Shown piece by piece: positions 8,876 to 18,205 of a stretch of DNA of 39,195 nt. Below the pieces are notes generated by a model, which saw only the letters and a list, made by a program, of their open reading frames with translations, was not told where the DNA came from and ran no database searches. The first letter of the stretch is position 1, and each line of letters begins with the position of its first letter. The stretch is from Cyanophora paradoxa CCMP329 (taxonomy: Eukaryota; Plantae; Glaucophyta), in assembly GCA_004431415.1 (NCBI GenBank), contig QPMI01000450.1, positions 1 through 39,195 on the forward strand. Direction: 5' to 3'. The position numbers and the translations under genes are program-made.

Positions 8876-10321
8876 CTAATGGAAGCGGCGGTAGGCGCCG
8901 CCGTTGATGAAGCTGATCTCGTTGTAGTAGCGGCAGTAGATATCGGCGATCGGCGTCGTCAGCGTCCCCGCCGTGGTGAGCGTGAGCTCGATCGTCTTGA
9001 AGGCGCCGAAGTCGAGGCCGCCGAACATCTTCGTGTCGTCTGCCACCTCGGTGCCGAAGGGAATAGCGTAGATGAATTCGGTGCCGTACTGAGCGGAGGC
9101 GGCGGTTGCCGCGCCGTTCTGCACCGCTGGCATGATGTCGCTGTTGTTGTAATCCTGGGTGTCAAGGGTGGTGATGGCGGTGTCGTTGCCCGACCACGGG
9201 TGCGGGTGAAGGGCATTGCGCAGCGCATTAATGATGGAAACCTCGTTGGTACCGTACGTCGTATCGGCCGCCTCCGCCAGGGCCTTTGCGCCGTTGGCGT
9301 CGGTGTTGTCGGCGAAGCCCTGCAGCAGCTCGAGGTACTTGCGCGTGGGCACGTTGCGGTGCTCGCGGTTCGCGATGGCGGTGCGCAGGAAATGCGCGTC
9401 GTGAATAGAGCTGTCGAGCGCCTTGATGTTATCGCACTTGAGGTCGATTTTGCTCAAGGGGCGGAACTTCCAGAAGTTGTACCCCTGGTCCGTCGCGGCG
9501 CCGTCGCGTACGACAATTACCATCTCGTAGCAGACGCCAGTGAACGGCAGGCGGAAGCTCGTGCCGCTCGTGAACTTTACGTTGTACGACTGCATGTACT
9601 TGCCAGCCCACGTGACGCTGTTGGGGTGGAGGCTGAGCTCGTACGGGCTCACGTGGGTGTAGCGCAGCACGAGCTTCGAATCGAGGTCGGTGGTCGCCGT
9701 CAGGCCACTGTCGGTGTGGATTCCGGTGGTGACCCAGGTGGCCGTAACATCCTTGTGGCTCGCGTACGTGATCTGAATCTTGAGGTCGTTGCCCGAGCCG
9801 CGGAGCTTATAGAGGGGCACGGCGAACTTGCGACCGTAACCGGTGAGAACGCGGAGCGGGATGTGAAGCACCTGCGCCCGCTGGGAGCGGCGCAGCAGAA
9901 CCTGTGTCGCCCAGCACTCGTTGATCAGGTTGACCGTGTGCGGAACGGAACGATCCTGCTCGAGCTCGTCGTAGATGGCATCGTAGGCGCCCTCGTACTC
10001 GTGGACGAGCTGCGTGCCCACGAAAACCTTCACCTTCTTCAGCAGGATGAGGCCGGCCTTCGGGAGGTAAATCTTCCCGGAGGCCACCGCAGGCAGCTTA
10101 ACCTTGAGCCAAATATCGTTGATGAGGGGCGCCGAGTGCGGGATGATGAAATCGAGGGTCTGACCGAAGCTGATGCCGCTCTGGACGGGGCTGACCTCCA
10201 GCACCTCGTCCACGAAGGGCGTCGCGGTGTCGAAGGAGTCGTTCACGTGCACGGACGAGTTCGAGCTCAGGAGCGACTGCGCGAGGGCGGTGGTGGGGGC
10301 GGAGATGAGCGCGGAAGCCAT
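8876..10321 (-). CDS. Double jelly-roll major capsid protein (NCLDV-type)
   Basis: 481 aa; 'FGQTLDFIIPHSAPLINDIWLKVKLP', 'LLKKVKVFVGTQLV', 'LHIPL', 'VPLYKL', C-terminal 'IYAIPF..GGLDFG..IELTL..YNEISFINGG' follow the NCLDV capsid pattern. Confidence 0.9.
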   Translation of the reverse strand: MASALISAPTTALAQSLLSSNSSVHVNDSFDTATPFVDEVLEVSPVQSGISFGQTLDFIIPHSAPLINDIWLKVKLPAVASGKIYLPKAGLILLKKVKVFVGTQLVHEYEGAYDAIYDELEQDRSVPHTVNLINECWATQVLLRRSQRAQVLHIPLRVLTGYGRKFAVPLYKLRGSGNDLKIQITYASHKDVTATWVTTGIHTDSGLTATTDLDSKLVLRYTHVSPYELSLHPNSVTWAGKYMQSYNVKFTSGTSFRLPFTGVCYEMVIVVRDGAATDQGYNFWKFRPLSKIDLKCDNIKALDSSIHDAHFLRTAIANREHRNVPTRKYLELLQGFADNTDANGAKALAEAADTTYGTNEVSIINALRNALHPHPWSGNDTAITTLDTQDYNNSDIMPAVQNGAATAASAQYGTEFIYAIPFGTEVADDTKMFGGLDFGAFKTIELTLTTAGTLTTPIADIYCRYYNEISFINGGAYRRFH

Positions 10322-10348
10322 GGTTTAGGGGTGCGTTGAGAAAATTTT
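10322..10348 (-). promoter_or_regulatory. Representative copy of the conserved upstream motif (A)ATTTTCT(A/G/C), putative late promoter
   Basis: AAAATTTTCTCAACGCACCCCTAAACC-ATG; equivalent motif ~15-35 nt upstream of most viral ATGs on both strands. Confidence 0.65.
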
Positions 10349-12221
10349 ACGAGGCACCGCCAGCCCGTTTCACTTGCTCGGCAACCTTGTACAGGCTACG
10401 CGCGTCGAAGTCACCCCTCATGAACTTTCGAATTGCAATTTCGGGAACGGCCTCGATTATGTCGTTCGGCAAGTCCAGCAGCATCTTTGCTTTTATCACG
10501 AACCTCTTCTTCAATTCCGTCTTTTGGAACTCTTCCAGATTGTCGGCTCGCTGAACCTTCGCCACGAGCTCGTCGAACACGACTCTCACCTTTGCCGCTT
10601 TGAGGTCCTCCTCCATTTGGATGGCTTCACGTTCGGCAGTCTCGGGTGCATCTTCCATTTCGATTTCGTTCGCGATGCTTGCCTCGAGTGCCTGCACAGC
10701 CTCATTCACAGCCTCTTCTTCCATCGCAACTGGCGGGCCCACCGCCGCCTCCAGTTCCTGGCGATGGTCTTCCCTTACGACGGCGCGGTACTGCTCCGCA
10801 GTGCCGCTGCGCCGCTTTGCGAGCACTTCTTCGCGGCCCTGTCCCAACCGTTCGCTGGCTATGTCCGTGCGCCTGTTGTAACCCTGCAGAAGCATGGATG
10901 CCGCGGTGCCCTGCTTCGAACCCCCCTTGCGTTTCTCTTTGGGGTCGATGAGGTTCTCGATGGGTGCGCGCGGTGACGAGGGCCGCTGACCGGGATCGAA
11001 GAGCTGGGGTACAGCCACCGCCGGGGGGAGGGCAGCCCCGGCACTGGCAAAAGTTTGCGCGACGGCGTTGGCCGCAGCCGTGGCCGCCGCCTCGGCCGCT
11101 ACCACCTCTGGCGGGCGCGAGGGCCCCGCCTGCGGCTCGGGCGGGGGCGGGGGCGGGGGCTGCTGCTCCGCGGGGGGCGCGGATGGCCTGGCCACCGTCG
11201 CCGGGGGCTGGGAAGGGCCGGGCTGGGGCGCCAGTGGGGGCGTCTGCGGCGGCCTCGGTGGCGCGTCGCTGGGCCTCCCCCCTCCATCGCCCATATCTAC
11301 ATCGCCGTCTCCGTTGCCAGGGGGCGGCCTTGGCCTGCGGGGGGCGCGAAAGGCCACGCTCGGCTTCTTGTACGGCAGCTCTGCCTGGATGAGCGCTTCC
11401 TTGGCGCCATTCCCGTTAAGGGCCTGAGCGCCGCGCTCATCGACGGCATCATTGTCGCGTTGCGTAAGTCGTGCACGCTGGTCCCTCTCCTTCTCTAAAA
11501 TTCCGCTGAGCCGCGAGAGGTTCTTGGTCAGGCGTCGGATCTCTGCACGTTCATCGCGCTGGCGACTCTCGTTGGGCCCGGGGCCTTCATCGTCTTCGTC
11601 CGGCGGATCGGCCTGGGCAAAGGGTTTGTAGGTGTTCTTCTCCGAATAATCGGGCGGCTTGCCATCGGGGAATGCTGCGTGTGCGTAAATGCTAGTGGGT
11701 TTGAACTCTTCGCCATTGATGATGTACTTGTAATAATAGTAGGCATCATCGAGGTTCATCGGGCCGAGCGTCTCAAGGCGCTTCTTGCGCTTCAAGAATT
11801 CCGTGACTTGGTCTTCCTTCGACATGCAAAATTCACGTACGCCCGGGAGAACAGTTAGATTCTTACCGTCCACGTCGCAGGCGCCGGCCCCCAGCGCTTT
11901 CGTTCCAGACGTGAAGGCAGATTGGCCCATGAGCCAAGCGCGGAAGCCCTCCTCGTACTCTCCGTCGATTTCCTGTTCCATGTCTTTGAACTTGTTGATG
12001 TAGTACGCATTTGCAATTGCCTGCGCCTCTACCTCTGCAAGTTTATCGACTTTTTGCCTATCCTCGATGCGACGCACGTCGTCGGACCGGTGCAAGGCCG
12101 TCTTTGCCATCTGCTGGAAGCGCGCGTACTTCTCGCTCTCAAAGGGCGTGATGTGCGAGTCCCCGCCCCCCGGGACTGCCAGCACGTTGCGGGGCGCGAA
12201 ACGCGAGGCGAGCCCCCTCAT
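10347..12221 (-). CDS. Large hypothetical protein with central Pro-rich linker, upstream of the capsid gene
   Basis: 624 aa intact ORF. Confidence 0.8.
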   Translation of the reverse strand: MRGLASRFAPRNVLAVPGGGDSHITPFESEKYARFQQMAKTALHRSDDVRRIEDRQKVDKLAEVEAQAIANAYYINKFKDMEQEIDGEYEEGFRAWLMGQSAFTSGTKALGAGACDVDGKNLTVLPGVREFCMSKEDQVTEFLKRKKRLETLGPMNLDDAYYYYKYIINGEEFKPTSIYAHAAFPDGKPPDYSEKNTYKPFAQADPPDEDDEGPGPNESRQRDERAEIRRLTKNLSRLSGILEKERDQRARLTQRDNDAVDERGAQALNGNGAKEALIQAELPYKKPSVAFRAPRRPRPPPGNGDGDVDMGDGGGRPSDAPPRPPQTPPLAPQPGPSQPPATVARPSAPPAEQQPPPPPPPEPQAGPSRPPEVVAAEAAATAAANAVAQTFASAGAALPPAVAVPQLFDPGQRPSSPRAPIENLIDPKEKRKGGSKQGTAASMLLQGYNRRTDIASERLGQGREEVLAKRRSGTAEQYRAVVREDHRQELEAAVGPPVAMEEEAVNEAVQALEASIANEIEMEDAPETAEREAIQMEEDLKAAKVRVVFDELVAKVQRADNLEEFQKTELKKRFVIKAKMLLDLPNDIIEAVPEIAIRKFMRGDFDARSLYKVAEQVKRAGGAS

Positions 12222-12496
12222 TTGCTCTTCTTAGGGGTGGCCTTTGAAATTTTATCGGTCTTGGCCTTGTCTTCCTTCCCGTCCTTCTTATCGCCCCCCT
12301 TCTTCCCCTGCTTCGTCGGGCGCATCGCCACGAATATTTCGCCGGGCGAGACGTCCTCGTACAGCGGCTTCGGCCCCTTTGGAAATTCGGGCGGGCCCTT
12401 CAGCTTCTCCTTCGCCTCCTTCACCTCCGCCTTTGTCGGCTTCTCCTGTCCGTTCGTGGGCGCCTTTTTCGCGGGCTTCTTCTGCGTCTCCGGCAT
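12218..12496 (-). CDS. Small Lys-rich (possibly DNA-binding/core) protein
   Basis: 92 aa, highly basic; stop overlaps next start (ATGA). Confidence 0.65.
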   Translation of the reverse strand: MPETQKKPAKKAPTNGQEKPTKAEVKEAKEKLKGPPEFPKGPKPLYEDVSPGEIFVAMRPTKQGKKGGDKKDGKEDKAKTDKISKATPKKSK

Positions 12497-12499
12497 AGC

Positions 12500-12838
12500 T
12501 TAACCACCGCCAGAAAAATATGGGTTCGCACCCCCGTACGTCTCGGGGAACTGCCTCTCCCACCTGCGCATGGCCGCGTCCCTCTGGTCGTCGAGGCTAC
12601 GGTAGGCCGCGGCCCTCTGGCCCATCACGATTTGCCAGAGCCGTGCACGGACCTCGTCCTGCAGTCTGTACACCCAATCGCGAATGTTCTCGACGATATC
12701 CGTCGGCAGCGTGGCCAACCCCGCCTTCAGCTCAGGCACATCCGTGGGATCCTCTTCGAGCGTCAGCTTTTGCATGCGAGCGCGCAGCATCTCAATTTGC
12801 GTATCAATTGGGGCCCAGTAAGGGACAGATCGAGACAT
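12500..12838 (-). CDS. Hypothetical protein
   Basis: 112 aa; AATTTCT motif upstream. Confidence 0.7.
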   Translation of the reverse strand: MSRSVPYWAPIDTQIEMLRARMQKLTLEEDPTDVPELKAGLATLPTDIVENIRDWVYRLQDEVRARLWQIVMGQRAAAYRSLDDQRDAAMRRWERQFPETYGGANPYFSGGG

Positions 12839-12850
12839 CGGGGTACGGGA

Positions 12851-13114
12851 TCACTGAGAAATTACACTGGGTCGGAAGAGGAGGTACCCCACCAGGATCC
12901 CCGCTATAATCCAGAGGGGCGACCAGTCGCGCTCCGCCGCCGCGCCCCCGTGGTGCTGCAGCAGCTGGGCGGCCCCCGGCCTGCTCAGCCCGTGCGTGCG
13001 GTGGTCCGTGTAGTGCGGGCGCGGGAACTGCTCCTGCGGCACGCGAGGCGGGTAGATGCCCTCGAAATGGTTGCGCATTTGGTACATATCCCTATCGAAC
13101 AGCAGGGAGGCCAT
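12851..13114 (-). CDS. Small membrane protein
   Basis: 87 aa; C-terminal LWIIAGILVGYLLF. Confidence 0.7.
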   Translation of the reverse strand: MASLLFDRDMYQMRNHFEGIYPPRVPQEQFPRPHYTDHRTHGLSRPGAAQLLQHHGGAAAERDWSPLWIIAGILVGYLLFRPSVISQ

Positions 13115-13340
13115 TTCTTAATTTGGGGAGGGACTTAGAAATACTGCCCGTGAGCTCCCTGTCGCGGATCCTGCGAAAGTCGGCGAAGAGGCCGCGCGCG
13201 CAGCGCCTGCAGACGAGGCGGGCCCGCCCGCCCACGCGCGCCACCGTGATCTCGTGGCCGAACTGCAGGTGGCCCGGGAAGCAGGTGGGGGGGTAGTCGC
13301 AGACGAAGCAGTGGCAGGGGCAGTTGCGCCGCCGAATCAC
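13092..13340 (-). CDS. Small Cys-rich zinc-finger-like protein (start uncertain)
   Basis: C-terminal part of ORF 13092..13703: CPCHCFVC...CRRC. Confidence 0.4.
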   Translation of the reverse strand: MIRRRNCPCHCFVCDYPPTCFPGHLQFGHEITVARVGGRARLVCRRCARGLFADFRRIRDRELTGSISKSLPKLRNGLPAVR

Positions 13341-13729
13341 TGCTGAAGAATCGCAGGCTCGCTCGCCGCCTTCTTCGGCGCGCGCTGGCGCTTCGGGACT
13401 TGGCTCTCGGCGGGCGCCGAGTCGTCCGCCGGCGCCGCCGTCTTCTTGACCCGGGGCGCCGCGGGGGGCTTCGGGACCGTAGGGGCTGCCGGTGCCTGGC
13501 TCGAGCCGGCGGCCGGGCCAGTGGCGTGGGCCACCTGCGGGCGCTGCGGCGGGGGGCTGGTCTCCCGGGCCCCCTCCTCGAGGACCCGGCGCATGAAGCG
13601 CGAGACCCGGCCGCTGCATTGCGTGCAGGAGCCGACGGCCACCTGGCGGTTGTTCTTGCTGGTACGCACCTCGACGTTGGCGAGCTTGGTGTTGGAACGG
13701 CACTTGAAGCAGTAGTGGGCGTGCTCCAT
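13337..13729 (-). CDS. DUF5679-like zinc-ribbon protein with low-complexity tail
   Basis: YCFKCR...SKNNR..AVGSCTQCSGRVSRF matches YCxKC...KNxR...GxCxxCG..xxRF. Confidence 0.75.
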   Translation of the reverse strand: MEHAHYCFKCRSNTKLANVEVRTSKNNRQVAVGSCTQCSGRVSRFMRRVLEEGARETSPPPQRPQVAHATGPAAGSSQAPAAPTVPKPPAAPRVKKTAAPADDSAPAESQVPKRQRAPKKAASEPAILQQ

Positions 13730-13730
13730 G

Positions 13731-13895
13731 CTAGCTACGGATGTAGCAGCCTTCAGAAAAAAGTGCGTAGTAGCGGACGGCGCACCGGGCGCAGCAGACG
13801 TAGACGCCCGCCTTGAGCACCCAGCCGCGCTTGGTCTGCGGCAGGCGGCAGATTTCGCAGCAGAGGGGCCTGGGCTTGCGGCACGAGGATCCCAT
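13731..13895 (-). CDS. 54-aa zinc-finger microprotein (below ORF-track cutoff)
   Basis: MGSSCRKPRPLCCEICRLPQTKRGWVLKAGVYVCCARCAVRYYALFSEGCYIRS; two CxxC; ATTTCTA motif upstream; fills the intergenic gap. Confidence 0.6.
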   Translation of the reverse strand: MGSSCRKPRPLCCEICRLPQTKRGWVLKAGVYVCCARCAVRYYALFSEGCYIRS

Positions 13896-13927
13896 CTGGC
13901 GGGCGGGGCCTAGAAATCACAATGGGA

Positions 13928-14404
13928 TCACAACGGATTGAGGGCGGCGTAGAGGGCGATTAAGTAGGCGTCGCAGAGGTCGTCGAGCTTGCCGTTGCGA
14001 TCCGCGATATCGGCAAGCTCGGCGGGTACAAGGTCGCGGCACTTGTCCACGGCGCCGCGCTTGCGCTCCTTGTAGCTCGGGTTCGAGATCTTGAAGAAAT
14101 GCTTGATGGCGCGCGGGCTCACGATCCGCGCACGCCCGTACAGGAGGGCGTGGAGCGTGCACTCGATGCAGCGATTAATTCCCGTCCTCTGGCCCTCGAT
14201 CGCGATCTGGTCGGGAAGGCCGAAGGCGCTATGGCCGCGAGTAACCTCAACCAGGCGCGCCACAAGGCGGCCACAGCAGCGCGCAGACGGGAAGAGGGCG
14301 ATCTTTTGCCAGTCGAGAATCTGGGATTCCTTTGTCTGCGGATCGAATTCGATGAGGCACCAAGCGAAATTAATGACCCCCACATCCACGCCGAGAATCT
14401 TCAT
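13928..14404 (-). CDS. RuvC-like Holliday junction resolvase (poxvirus A22 family)
   Basis: MKILGVDVGVINFAWC, IAIEGQ, YKERK, KLDDLCDAYL catalytic motifs; start moved to ATG 14404, which follows ATTTTCT. Confidence 0.9.
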   Translation of the reverse strand: MKILGVDVGVINFAWCLIEFDPQTKESQILDWQKIALFPSARCCGRLVARLVEVTRGHSAFGLPDQIAIEGQRTGINRCIECTLHALLYGRARIVSPRAIKHFFKISNPSYKERKRGAVDKCRDLVPAELADIADRNGKLDDLCDAYLIALYAALNPL

Positions 14405-14441
14405 TCCGAGGTCACAAGAAAATCTGAATGAAGGGGGTAAA

Positions 14442-15510
14442 ATGGCCAAGGACCCCAAGAAGCCGAAGAAGCCGAAGGCGGCCAAGCCCCAGGCCGCCCA
14501 GCCCGCAGGCGCAGCGCCCGCGGCCCCGCCCCGCCGGCCAGGCCACCGGCTCGGGCTCGGGCACCGCCCCCGCCGCCGGCGCCAGCTGCGCGATGGGTAT
14601 GACGGAGGACGGCATGCAGCTCACGCCCGAGCAGGTCAACGCCTTCCTCGACAACTCGAAGACGGGCGGCATCGAGCGCATGGCCTGCCTGCCCGAACTT
14701 AAATGGTTCGACGTGAACACCGTGAAGTCCGACGCCACCGTCGTCTGTGTCGGCAAGCGGCGCACGGGCAAGTCCTTCTTCCTTCGCGATCTCATGTTCA
14801 ACCTCTCGGGCACCTTCCCGGGGGGTATCGTAATCAGCCAGACCGATCGCCTGAACGGGTACTGGAAGCAGTACATACCCCAGCGCTTCATCTGGCCCAA
14901 GTACAACCCGGGCGTGCTCTTCCATTTATTCAGGAGACAGCAGGCGATCATGCAGCACAACAAGTCCGAAGACGTGCTGGCCGGAAAGGAAGATCCCGTC
15001 GACCCGCGATTTTTCGTGCTGCTCGACGACGTGATTTCCGACGCGCGGCTGCGGTACGACGAGGCCCTCAACGAGCTGTTCGTGGCGGGGCGCCACTACA
15101 AAATCATGACCCTTATCACGACGCAGTATGCCAAGGGCATCAATCCCGTCCTGCGCTCCAATACTGATCTGGCTGTCATTTTCAAGTGCTCGCAGGCGAT
15201 GCAGCGCGAGGCCCTCGCAAAGGAGTGGGGCGACATCATATCCCAGCGCGCCTTCTACTACCTGCTCGATAAATACACGCAGGATAACCACTGCCTTATC
15301 ATCGATTCTTCCAACAACTCTACGAACCCTCTGGACGTCCTTTACGTCTACAAGGCCGAGGAGCCGCCCCCGTTCCGAATCGGATCCAAGGAGTACTGGG
15401 AGGGCGAAACCGTCAACGGGGAAAATCTCGTGGGTCCGGACGACGGCACGGTGGACAAGACGCTCCTCGGCATGATAAATAATTTCAGGAAGCACCGCGG
15501 CCTCGCCTGA
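14442..15510 (+). CDS. A32-like genome packaging ATPase (FtsK/HerA superfamily); probable frameshift near the N-terminus
   Basis: Walker A GKRRTGKS, Walker B FVLLDD, GRHYKI, ITTQY, LRSNTD. The AAAATG start at 14442 (MAKDPKKPK) is out of frame with the ATPase body; in-frame Met alternatives exist near 14593-14614. Confidence 0.93.
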
Positions 15511-15536
15511 TTTTTTCTGAGGCTACGTGCGTAACC

Positions 15537-15881
15537 ATGTCGCCCAGCGCCCACATCGCCTCCGTCTTCCGCGTCGAGTCCATCGCCTACGACTGCCTCC
15601 TGGAGGCCAGCCTTGACCCCTCCTCGCCCTTTAACGACGGCGAGGTCAGCAGCGCCCTGGAGAGGATCTGCGACGCGCTGGGAATTAACTGGGAGCGCCT
15701 CACGTCGGAGGCGGCGGACGAGGCCGCGGCCGAGTCCCTGGGGAGCGAGGATTCCAGCTCGGAAGAGATGACAGACGAAGAGGGAGACAGGGTTATTTAC
15801 GTGCGCGACCCGGACGATTTTGCGACCTCAGAGTCCAGCTCGGAGGAAGAGGAGGAAGAGGACGAGGACTCCGACGCCTAG
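15537..15881 (+). CDS. Acidic hypothetical protein
   Basis: 114 aa; TTTTTTCTGA motif upstream. Confidence 0.7.
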   Translation: MSPSAHIASVFRVESIAYDCLLEASLDPSSPFNDGEVSSALERICDALGINWERLTSEAADEAAAESLGSEDSSSEEMTDEEGDRVIYVRDPDDFATSESSSEEEEEEDEDSDA

Positions 15882-15916
15882 GCGCGCCCCTTAAAAATTT
15901 CCGAGGCCCCAGGAAA

Positions 15917-16261
15917 ATGTCAAAGGTGCTCCTAGGGCTCTCCCAGGCTATCGTGCAGTACGCCCTCGGCCTGGCATCCGGCTCCCTCATCGACGCCGCC
16001 TTCTCCTCGCACGAAGGCGAAAATAGGGCGGGCCACGCGGCCGAGCTCGCCGCGCAAGTCGCCGTCAACGGCCTCTCCCTCGGCCTGCTCTCGAAATACG
16101 TGCTCACCCTCAAGTTTTTCGACGACGACCCCACCGGCGGAATTATGTTCATCCTCGGATTTACACACGGGCAGACGAACATGCTAATCAAGGCTACCAG
16201 CGCGAGCTTCGGAATCAAGCAGGCGCTCGAGCGGAAGGCCGCCGCGATCACTAAAGAGTAG
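15917..16261 (+). CDS. Hydrophobic hypothetical protein
   Basis: 114 aa; AAATTTCC motif upstream, AAAATG start. Confidence 0.7.
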   Translation: MSKVLLGLSQAIVQYALGLASGSLIDAAFSSHEGENRAGHAAELAAQVAVNGLSLGLLSKYVLTLKFFDDDPTGGIMFILGFTHGQTNMLIKATSASFGIKQALERKAAAITKE

Positions 16262-17092
16262 CTAAAGAGTAGGAAAGAAATGCCAGTCGTTGTACTCGCA
16301 GATCCTGTTCCAAATCGAATCTAACTCCGAGAGTTTCTGCCTGCTCTTGAGCAAGGGAAAGTAGGGGAGGTGCTGGGGCAAATCTAGCAGCACGAAAATC
16401 TGCCTGAAAACGTAGTTGTAGTTGAGCATATTCTTCCTACCCTGCGACTTGAAAATGCTGAAGGGGACCTCCACCAGGGCGAACATCTCCTGCACCCGGT
16501 CCATATCCTCCGCGCTCATCGGAGGCGGGCGCTCGCCCGTGATGCGCCACTTGATCTGCGCCCAGCGCTCGATGTACTTCTGCTGCTTCAGAGCCCGGAG
16601 AACTTGGCGGATATTGTCTTTGCTCCACTCCTTCCCTGCCATGCGCCTCGCAATAGCTGCCAGCACGTCCTCGGGTACAGGAGAATCCTCCAGGCAGTGC
16701 TGCTTAAGTCGCTCAGATACGTGGTACTTGCGCAGGTAGTTGCTGTGGATTTCGCTGACAGCCAGGGGTTGATGGTCCGGATAATAAAGATCCAGGACCA
16801 GACCGCAGCCTTGGCAAACCAGATCCCCATCCAGGTGAACACCAACGAGGGCGGTAGAGCCGCAATTTCCGCAGGGGACAGCGGCTTCGCCTTGGGGGCC
16901 TTGGGTGCGACGGTTGCGCTTGCGGGGGCGCTCTCCGGCTCCAAGGTAGGAACTGGTGATGGCGGCGGCGGCGGCGGGGTACGGTGCCGGAGTGTCGAAG
17001 TCTGGGTCCCCCTCGTCGTGAAGGATGGCGCCGTAGCGCTGGATCTGCTCAAAGTTTCGGAGGAGGAGATCGATTTCGCCAGAGTCTGCCAT
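16262..17092 (-). CDS. Viral late transcription factor 3 (VLTF3-like)
   Basis: Zinc ribbon CGNCG..VCQGCG; 'NYLRKYHVSERLKQ'; 'RKNMLNYNYVFRQI..L..FPLLKSRQKL...DSIWNRIC...W.F.PT' is the VLTF3 C-terminal signature. Confidence 0.92.
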   Translation of the reverse strand: MADSGEIDLLLRNFEQIQRYGAILHDEGDPDFDTPAPYPAAAAAITSSYLGAGERPRKRNRRTQGPQGEAAVPCGNCGSTALVGVHLDGDLVCQGCGLVLDLYYPDHQPLAVSEIHSNYLRKYHVSERLKQHCLEDSPVPEDVLAAIARRMAGKEWSKDNIRQVLRALKQQKYIERWAQIKWRITGERPPPMSAEDMDRVQEMFALVEVPFSIFKSQGRKNMLNYNYVFRQIFVLLDLPQHLPYFPLLKSRQKLSELDSIWNRICEYNDWHFFPTL

Positions 17093-17324
17093 TCCTCCGA
17101 GTCCTCGTACTGCAGCTGAGCTACGCCCTTGCAGAAGTAGCAAACTGGCTTCACGCAATCGAGTGGGTCCCAGCCGCAGGTGAGCCCGCAGATGTGACAG
17201 AAGGCGTTGCTCAGGTGATTCATGTGAGGCTCAGGTGATCGCTCAGGTGAGGCGCAGGCGTACCCCGGGGCCCCACGTGGAAGCTCACCCTAGCCTCGGA
17301 AAATTTTCTAGGCCTTGGTCTGAC

Positions 17325-18182
17325 ATGCTCAACCTCATCGCGAGGGGCGTAGCAGCAAACAGGCAAGCCCGCGCCCCGAACCCGCACCTCCGCATGGACG
17401 CCTCCGGCCGCTCCCGGGTAGAGACTCACATCGTGGTGGGCAACATCAACGACAAGGTGCTGGCACCCGACAAGACGTGGTTCCAGAAGGTGCTGGACGC
17501 GGCGCCCACCAAGACCTTCACGACGCCGTCCGGGGTAGTCGAGCAGAGGCCGCAGCGCGAGTCGAATTTTATGATCACCATCCAGACCAACTACAAGCCC
17601 CGGAGCAGGGGAGAAGGCTCCAAGGTTCAAGACGCCTTTCACAGGGGGCTGGAGGCCCTTTTCTACGACGACAGGCAGCTGGCAAAGTGCATAAAGATGG
17701 GGGTATACGCGGACAAGGCGAACCCCAAGGGTCTCGATTTTAAATCGGACATGTACGACACGCACGTGGAGAGGGGCAACGCGAACATCGGCATCGAGTA
17801 CGGGCCGCGGTCGGGGCGGCTCCACGCGCACATCCTGCTCACGCTGGTGCACTACTCGCGCGTGCAATTCGACGGCAAGCGGGCGTCGGATTTCCTCATC
17901 GATTTCATGCGGACGGAGGGGCAGGGCGGCCTGCCGAATTTTTACAAGGACGACTGGTTCGGAGAGGAGTACCAGAAGACGGCGGTGCGCCCGATACGGA
18001 GAAAGGACGCCCTCGGCATGCAGTGGACGGGCAAGGAGACGGGCTACAGGAAGCGAGAAACCGCCAGGCAGATGCACGTAGACGTAAAATTGCTACCGCA
18101 GAGCAACCTTAAGGATCTGCTGCAGCTGTACATTACGAAGACGGTAGAGGCCCTCGAGACGGGTGCTGTAAAGCTCGTGTAA
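17325..18182 (+). CDS. HUH-superfamily endonuclease (Rep-like), short paralog
   Basis: Motif I FMITIQTN, motif II EYGPRSGRLHAHILL, motif III LYITK; ATG 17325 follows AAAATTTTCTA. Confidence 0.8.
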   Translation: MLNLIARGVAANRQARAPNPHLRMDASGRSRVETHIVVGNINDKVLAPDKTWFQKVLDAAPTKTFTTPSGVVEQRPQRESNFMITIQTNYKPRSRGEGSKVQDAFHRGLEALFYDDRQLAKCIKMGVYADKANPKGLDFKSDMYDTHVERGNANIGIEYGPRSGRLHAHILLTLVHYSRVQFDGKRASDFLIDFMRTEGQGGLPNFYKDDWFGEEYQKTAVRPIRRKDALGMQWTGKETGYRKRETARQMHVDVKLLPQSNLKDLLQLYITKTVEALETGAVKLV

Positions 18183-18205
18183 TTTTTTTCTTGTAGCCAA
18201 TAAAT

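Noticed and set aside
8621-10339. 572-aa plus-strand ORF
   Set aside because: Antisense shadow of the GC3-biased capsid gene; no motifs or upstream signal
14428-14560. Programmed ribosomal frameshift in the ATPase N-terminus
   Set aside because: No clear slippery heptamer, and similar indels occur throughout the window
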